Position numbers and translations under genes: made by a program. Source: Mariprofundaceae bacterium (GTDB lineage Bacteria > Pseudomonadota > Zetaproteobacteria > Mariprofundales > J009). From it: DNA of 36,782 nt. Numbering within the stretch: the stretch's first letter is position 1; every line of letters begins with the position of its first letter. Below, one piece after another: positions 33,957 to 36,782 of the stretch. The notes beneath the pieces were generated by a model. That model was not told where the DNA came from and made no database searches. It worked only from the letters and a program-made list of their open reading frames with translations. The stretch covers positions 1 to 36,782 of the forward strand of contig WFMN01000095.1 in the NCBI GenBank assembly GCA_015489095.1. The letters run 5' to 3'.

Positions 33957-35039
33957 TTACCCCTCCAGCAGATCACGGATGCGCGCTTTGATTCGGTCGG
34001 CGTGGGTGTAGATGTCGTCCAGCGTGTCGATCGGCACGCGCTCCTCGGATTTGTCCGGCTGGATGAAGCCGATGTATTTCTGCGCGTGGTTGAAATGTAG
34101 TCGGCAGATGCCTTTGCGGTTGCTGTCGTCGAGCAGGATGCCGAAATAGGATTTTGTGTCGCGGTCGGTGACCCTCGATACATCCACCACCTCGCGGGCG
34201 ATGGCGCGCACGATGAGGTAGCCATCCCACTCCTCTTCGGTAGTGATAATGCCGCGATCATCTGGTTGCGGGGCGACGCCGGCAGGATCCTCTGCCACCG
34301 CGGGCTGTTCCTCCTGCTCGTATGGGTCGCTGTTCAGCGCCGACTGCAGGCGGGCGTTGATTTTTTCGTGGATGAATTGCTTGCGCGCATCGCGCACGAT
34401 GTCGGCAAACTCGGCGATCACCTGCTGGGTTTTCATGCCGTCGTACACCTGCGAGAGGAAAAACTTCACAAACTCGTCGGAGGGGTTATCCAGCTCGCGC
34501 TCCAGCACCTCTTTGATGGCGCGGGTGTATTTCAGTTTTTTGGCGGTCGTCAGGATATCGTCAACCGAGAACGCCGCCTTGGTGAATCGCTTCAGCTCGT
34601 CGATCTGGTGATCCTCAAAGTTGCGGATGTCGAAAACAAAAAACGGCGCGCTGTCCATCTTGTTCGGCTGATCCAGATCGGAGTAAAATTGATATACCAG
34701 CCCGTTGGTGAGCAGGCCGAAGCGCGCATCCTCGGTGGCGTAGTAGCGATAGAGCTGCGATGTGTGCGTCTTTTTGAGGTCGTCGCCGCACCATTTCGCC
34801 TCGACCAAGATCGACACCGCGCCATCCTTTTTGATGGCGTAGTCCACCTTCTCGCCCTTTTTGGTGCCGACATCGGCGGTGTATTCCGGCTCGACCTCGG
34901 ATGGGTCGAACACATCATACCCCAAGGCAGAGATAAACGGCATGATCAGCGCCGTTTTGGTCGCCTCCTCGGTCTTGATGCTATCAAGCTGATCGGCTGC
35001 CCGCTTGGCGATGGCGTTGATCTTATCTACTAAGTCCAT
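33957..35039 (-). CDS. Stand-alone PD-(D/E)xK nuclease-fold protein (type I restriction HsdR N-terminal-like domain) with an uncharacterised C-terminal domain
   Basis: EEATKTALIMPFISALGY...KVDYAIKKDGAVSILVEAKW...QLYRYY...FGLLTNG gives the D...E-x-K core and the family pattern. SD aggagg. Starts 21 nt after the repressor stop on the same strand. Confidence 0.65.
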   Translation of the reverse strand: MDLVDKINAIAKRAADQLDSIKTEEATKTALIMPFISALGYDVFDPSEVEPEYTADVGTKKGEKVDYAIKKDGAVSILVEAKWCGDDLKKTHTSQLYRYYATEDARFGLLTNGLVYQFYSDLDQPNKMDSAPFFVFDIRNFEDHQIDELKRFTKAAFSVDDILTTAKKLKYTRAIKEVLERELDNPSDEFVKFFLSQVYDGMKTQQVIAEFADIVRDARKQFIHEKINARLQSALNSDPYEQEEQPAVAEDPAGVAPQPDDRGIITTEEEWDGYLIVRAIAREVVDVSRVTDRDTKSYFGILLDDSNRKGICRLHFNHAQKYIGFIQPDKSEERVPIDTLDDIYTHADRIKARIRDLLEG

Positions 35040-35060
35040 GGTCTCCCTCCTGTTGGTTAA

Positions 35061-35651
35061 TCAGTTCCCGTTTGCTTGTTTTTTGGCTGGTTGAGTAATC
35101 GCATCCCCCAGCGTTTGCAGTGCTTGCTGCTGTTCGGGGGTCATCTGGCGGTATTTTTGTAGCAGCGCGATCTCGGCGGGGGTGTTGGCACAATACTGTG
35201 TGCCAGCCTCGCGGATTTCGTCGTTTGGTGGCTTGGTCTGGTCTTTGATGGCCTTGCCCAACACATCGTCCATGGCCTGCCGTGCAAAGCCTGGCAGTTG
35301 GGCAATATCAGTGATGGCGCTCAAGACATGCGGGATTTTATCGACATCTTCTGGGTGTTCACTGATAAAATCCGTAACGGCTTTAATCATTGTTTCTTTC
35401 GGGTCTGGGGATTTTTCTCCTTTCCCTGAGATAAGCCACTCTGGATCAACATGCAGCGCGCGGGCGAGTGGGAGCAGGTTGGTTGCTGCTGGGTTTTTGG
35501 ATGTTCCAAGTTCCAAGCTAGATATAGTCGCCTTCGTTACGCCGGCAGCATTGGCAAGCTGCTGTTGCGTCAGCCCTGATTCTTTTCGCACCATTCTCAA
35601 GCGCTCACCAAATGTCATGGGCGGTATGCTACACTGTACCAAGGACGGCAT
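35061..35651 (-). CDS. XRE/CI-type phage repressor without an S24 peptidase domain
   Basis: HTH segment FGERLRMVRKESGLTQQQLANAAGVTKATISSLELG. The C-terminal half has no Ser/Lys autocleavage motifs. The true start is possibly the ATG at 35618. Divergent from the cro-like gene. Confidence 0.75.
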   Translation of the reverse strand: MPSLVQCSIPPMTFGERLRMVRKESGLTQQQLANAAGVTKATISSLELGTSKNPAATNLLPLARALHVDPEWLISGKGEKSPDPKETMIKAVTDFISEHPEDVDKIPHVLSAITDIAQLPGFARQAMDDVLGKAIKDQTKPPNDEIREAGTQYCANTPAEIALLQKYRQMTPEQQQALQTLGDAITQPAKKQANGN

Positions 35652-35653
35652 GC

Positions 35654-35681
35654 TTGACTTTTAAGTACAGGTGGCTATACT
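35654..35681 (+). promoter_or_regulatory. PR-like early promoter
   Basis: TTGACT (35654-35659), 16-nt spacer, TATACT (35676-35681). The ATG of the cro-like gene is only 7 nt downstream, so the mRNA would be leaderless or nearly so. Confidence 0.55.
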
Positions 35682-35688
35682 TCGTCGC

Positions 35689-35928
35689 ATGGACAAGCAA
35701 TCAGTCATAAAATTATTCGGTAACGGGGCCGCTGTGGGGCGTGCTGTTGGCTGCACGAAAGGCGCGGTTTGCAACTGGCCAGACCCGCTTCCGCCGCGCA
35801 TTGCCGACCGGGTGATCGCGGCGTTGGTGCGCGCAGGACGCGCTGATGAGGCCGAAGCGTTGGCGCGGGAGGATGGATGCCGGATCCAGTCCGGCATGAC
35901 GGAAGAAGATTTAAGGAGAGTGGCATGA
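35689..35928 (+). CDS. Cro/YdaS-like small DNA-binding protein
   Basis: IKLFGNGAAVGRAVGCTKGAVCNWPDPLPPRIADRV matches the Cro/YdaS pattern. The GTG at 35671 in the track would lie inside the promoter. Confidence 0.6.
   Translation: MDKQSVIKLFGNGAAVGRAVGCTKGAVCNWPDPLPPRIADRVIAALVRAGRADEAEALAREDGCRIQSGMTEEDLRRVA
35865..35900. repeat. 36-bp REP-like palindromic element, copy B (inverted relative to copy A)
   Basis: gcgggaggatggATGCCGGAtccagTCCGGCATgac. It lies inside the 3-prime end of the cro-like ORF. The single difference from copy A is the central base of the 5-nt spacer. Confidence 0.85.
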
Positions 35929-36068
35929 GTGAGCGAGCAAAGGATCGAACAGTCATTTGGCAAGCGCTGATGGAGATGATCAAGGCAGGGCAGATCTCGG
36001 CGCGATCGGCAGAAGAGGCGGTGGACGACCTCAAGGCTGCCCACCGCGCACTTTTTGATGAAGACTAA
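35925..36068 (+). CDS. Hypothetical 47-aa helical protein
   Basis: SD aaggagag before the ATG at 35925. ATGA overlap with the cro-like stop. Confidence 0.45.
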   Translation: MSERAKDRTVIWQALMEMIKAGQISARSAEEAVDDLKAAHRALFDED

Positions 36069-36217
36069 ACGGTCTCTTTCATTGTTTTTAATATCGTTGC
36101 GAAGGCATCGGCCACATCTTGTGGCGTGGGGTCGCCCCCTCTTTGTGATAAGTTTGCCTTGGCGTTTTGGAGCATCGCTATGACGACCTCTGTAGCCATT
36201 TCTTCTAATTGTTTCAT
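36065..36217 (-). CDS. Hypothetical 50-aa protein (not in the ORF track, below its size cutoff)
   Basis: Minus strand: ggaggtaattgaaaATG. Reads MKQLEEMATEVVIAMLQNAKANLSQRGGDPTPQDVADAFATILKTMKETV. Its 3-prime end overlaps the convergent + ORF by 4 nt. Confidence 0.45.
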   Translation of the reverse strand: MKQLEEMATEVVIAMLQNAKANLSQRGGDPTPQDVADAFATILKTMKETV

Positions 36218-36345
36218 TTTCAATTACCTCCGTGGTTGTGTTTTGTCTCCTTGTGAGATGGAGAGACACCGAACCTACCACGGGGGTTTGAGTTTTTCGC
36301 GTATGTCGGGGCTTCTTTCACGGATTCCCCCCTGACAGATGCGCG

Positions 36346-36432
36346 AAAAAGTGGAGATAGGGGGTTGCCGCCCCCTATCTCCCATCCTAACCCCATTCCA
36401 ATCATAACAACCCGAAAAGAAGGAGAGAGAAT
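36346..36432 (-). ncRNA. Candidate ~85-nt antisense RNA or leader, complementary to the 5-prime UTR/SD of ORF 36435
   Basis: Minus-strand TTGCTT (36468-36463), 18-nt spacer, TAATCT (36444-36439). A 12-bp perfect hairpin ggagataggggg/ccccctatctcc (36353-36382) is followed on the minus strand by ac-ttttt (36350-36346). Confidence 0.3.
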
Positions 36433-36434
36433 CC

Positions 36435-36731
36435 GTGAAGATTACTTATTTACCTGCTAAAAAAGCAAATCGACAGCAGGCCATGACCCTGCTGCTGGCG
36501 GCTGTGACCGATTGCCAGCGCGCGATGCGCAGCCGCAACATCAAGCGCGCCAACGCCGCATTGGCGCGGATGGACGCCGCCGCGCGGCTGGCGTTTCGGC
36601 TGGCGGAACCTGCCGGCGACCATTTTCCTGACGGCGGGAATATGGTTTGCGCTCGATCATGCTCCGAACGCTCGCGGCGTTCGGAGGCTGTGTCGCCGCA
36701 CGATGTCGCCGGCGGCGTGGGGGTGGCGTGA
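36435..36731 (+). CDS. Hypothetical early protein
   Basis: SD aaggagag lies 7 nt before the GTG at 36435. 98 aa, Ala/Arg-rich. Confidence 0.45.
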   Translation: MKITYLPAKKANRQQAMTLLLAAVTDCQRAMRSRNIKRANAALARMDAAARLAFRLAEPAGDHFPDGGNMVCARSCSERSRRSEAVSPHDVAGGVGVA

Positions 36732-36782
36732 TGACATTCCCGACGATTGAGGCAGAGGTCGCGCTGCAGGAGTTCGACCAGC
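36731..36782 (+). CDS. Partial ORF running off the window (MTFPTIEAEVALQEFDQ...)
   Basis: The ATG overlaps the previous stop (TGATG). Truncated by the window end. Confidence 0.3.
   Translation, partial: MTFPTIEAEVALQEFDQ

Larger units (their letters stand above)
1..36782. mobile_element. Temperate siphovirus-type (lambda-like morphogenesis) phage/prophage genome segment in an attP-intact arrangement
   Basis: Uninterrupted replication, regulation, packaging, head, tail, lysis, accessory, integration and immunity modules. No recognisable host housekeeping genes. Both window edges cut through phage-type sequence. Confidence 0.9.

Noticed and set aside
33938-33963. tRNA T-arm-like sequence accggttcggttccgg near the att region, and a similar ggtggttcacgccacc at 5217-5232
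   Set aside because: The loop length and bases do not fit (G at the conserved A58 position in one, a 6-nt loop in the other). No matching acceptor or anticodon arms could be built. The first also overlaps the nuclease gene end and another ttaccc unit.
32795-35033. + strand ORFs 32795-33742 and 34266-35033
   Set aside because: They lie antisense to the integrase and the nuclease genes, which carry clear catalytic motifs. The translations are Arg/His/Gly-rich shadow sequences.
35661-36281. 206-aa minus-strand ORF spanning the cro-like gene and the early micro-genes
   Set aside because: It overlaps a good promoter, the Cro-like ORF and two SD-preceded small ORFs. Its translation is Arg/Ser/Cys-rich with no features. 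The REP-like element explains part of its open frame.
36731-36782. Possibility that the window is a complete circular genome whose end joins its start
   Set aside because: Joining 36782 to 1 gives a 31-codon ORF ending in ...DHDCPRCG-stop inside the palindrome. That is suggestive but not evidence. No terminal redundancy is visible, and typical early genes between cro and the initiator may lie outside the window.

Overview
The whole 36.8-kb GC-rich window looks like one temperate, lambda-like (siphovirus-type) phage genome. Nearly all genes are on the + strand and many are translationally coupled through ATGA/GTGA/TGATG overlaps.

Gene order, left to right:
- An 87-bp-arm perfect palindrome at the window edge.
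- A replication module: an HTH initiator with origin-like iterons inside its own gene, plus a DnaC-like loader.
- A Mor-like activator operon with an embedded XerC/D-like tyrosine recombinase.
- A BRO-N/KilAC antirepressor.
- The large terminase, a portal fused to a Mu-F-like domain, a ClpP-type protease with a nested scaffold, a DUF2190-type decoration protein and the major capsid.
- Connectors, the tail tube, and a G/GT chaperone pair with an A AAA AAG -1 slippery site.
- The tape measure and lambda M/L/K/I-J-like tip proteins.
- A visibly AT-richer tail-fibre cassette (collagen-like, fibre-repeat and glycine-rich proteins).
- A lysis cassette: a GH24 endolysin, two micro-ORFs and a 3-TM holin-like protein.
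- An accessory five-gene operon behind a near-consensus promoter/operator: two unknown proteins, an IbrA-like PP-loop/PAPS-reductase-family protein, an IbrB-like ParB/Srx protein and an XRE HTH protein.
- A P4-type integrase (-) next to a repeat-rich attP-like region.
- A stand-alone PD-(D/E)xK (HsdR-N-like) nuclease (-), apparently co-transcribed with a repressor that lacks a peptidase domain (-).
- A divergent Cro-like gene and small early ORFs.

int, the att-like region and the immunity genes are contiguous, which is the attP (non-integrated, circularly permuted or tandem) arrangement. I saw no flanking host genes.

I found no rRNA, tRNA or CRISPR array by eye. All functional calls come from motif and architecture recognition and gene order. 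No database search, fold prediction or statistics were run. Start codons are often uncertain by a few codons.
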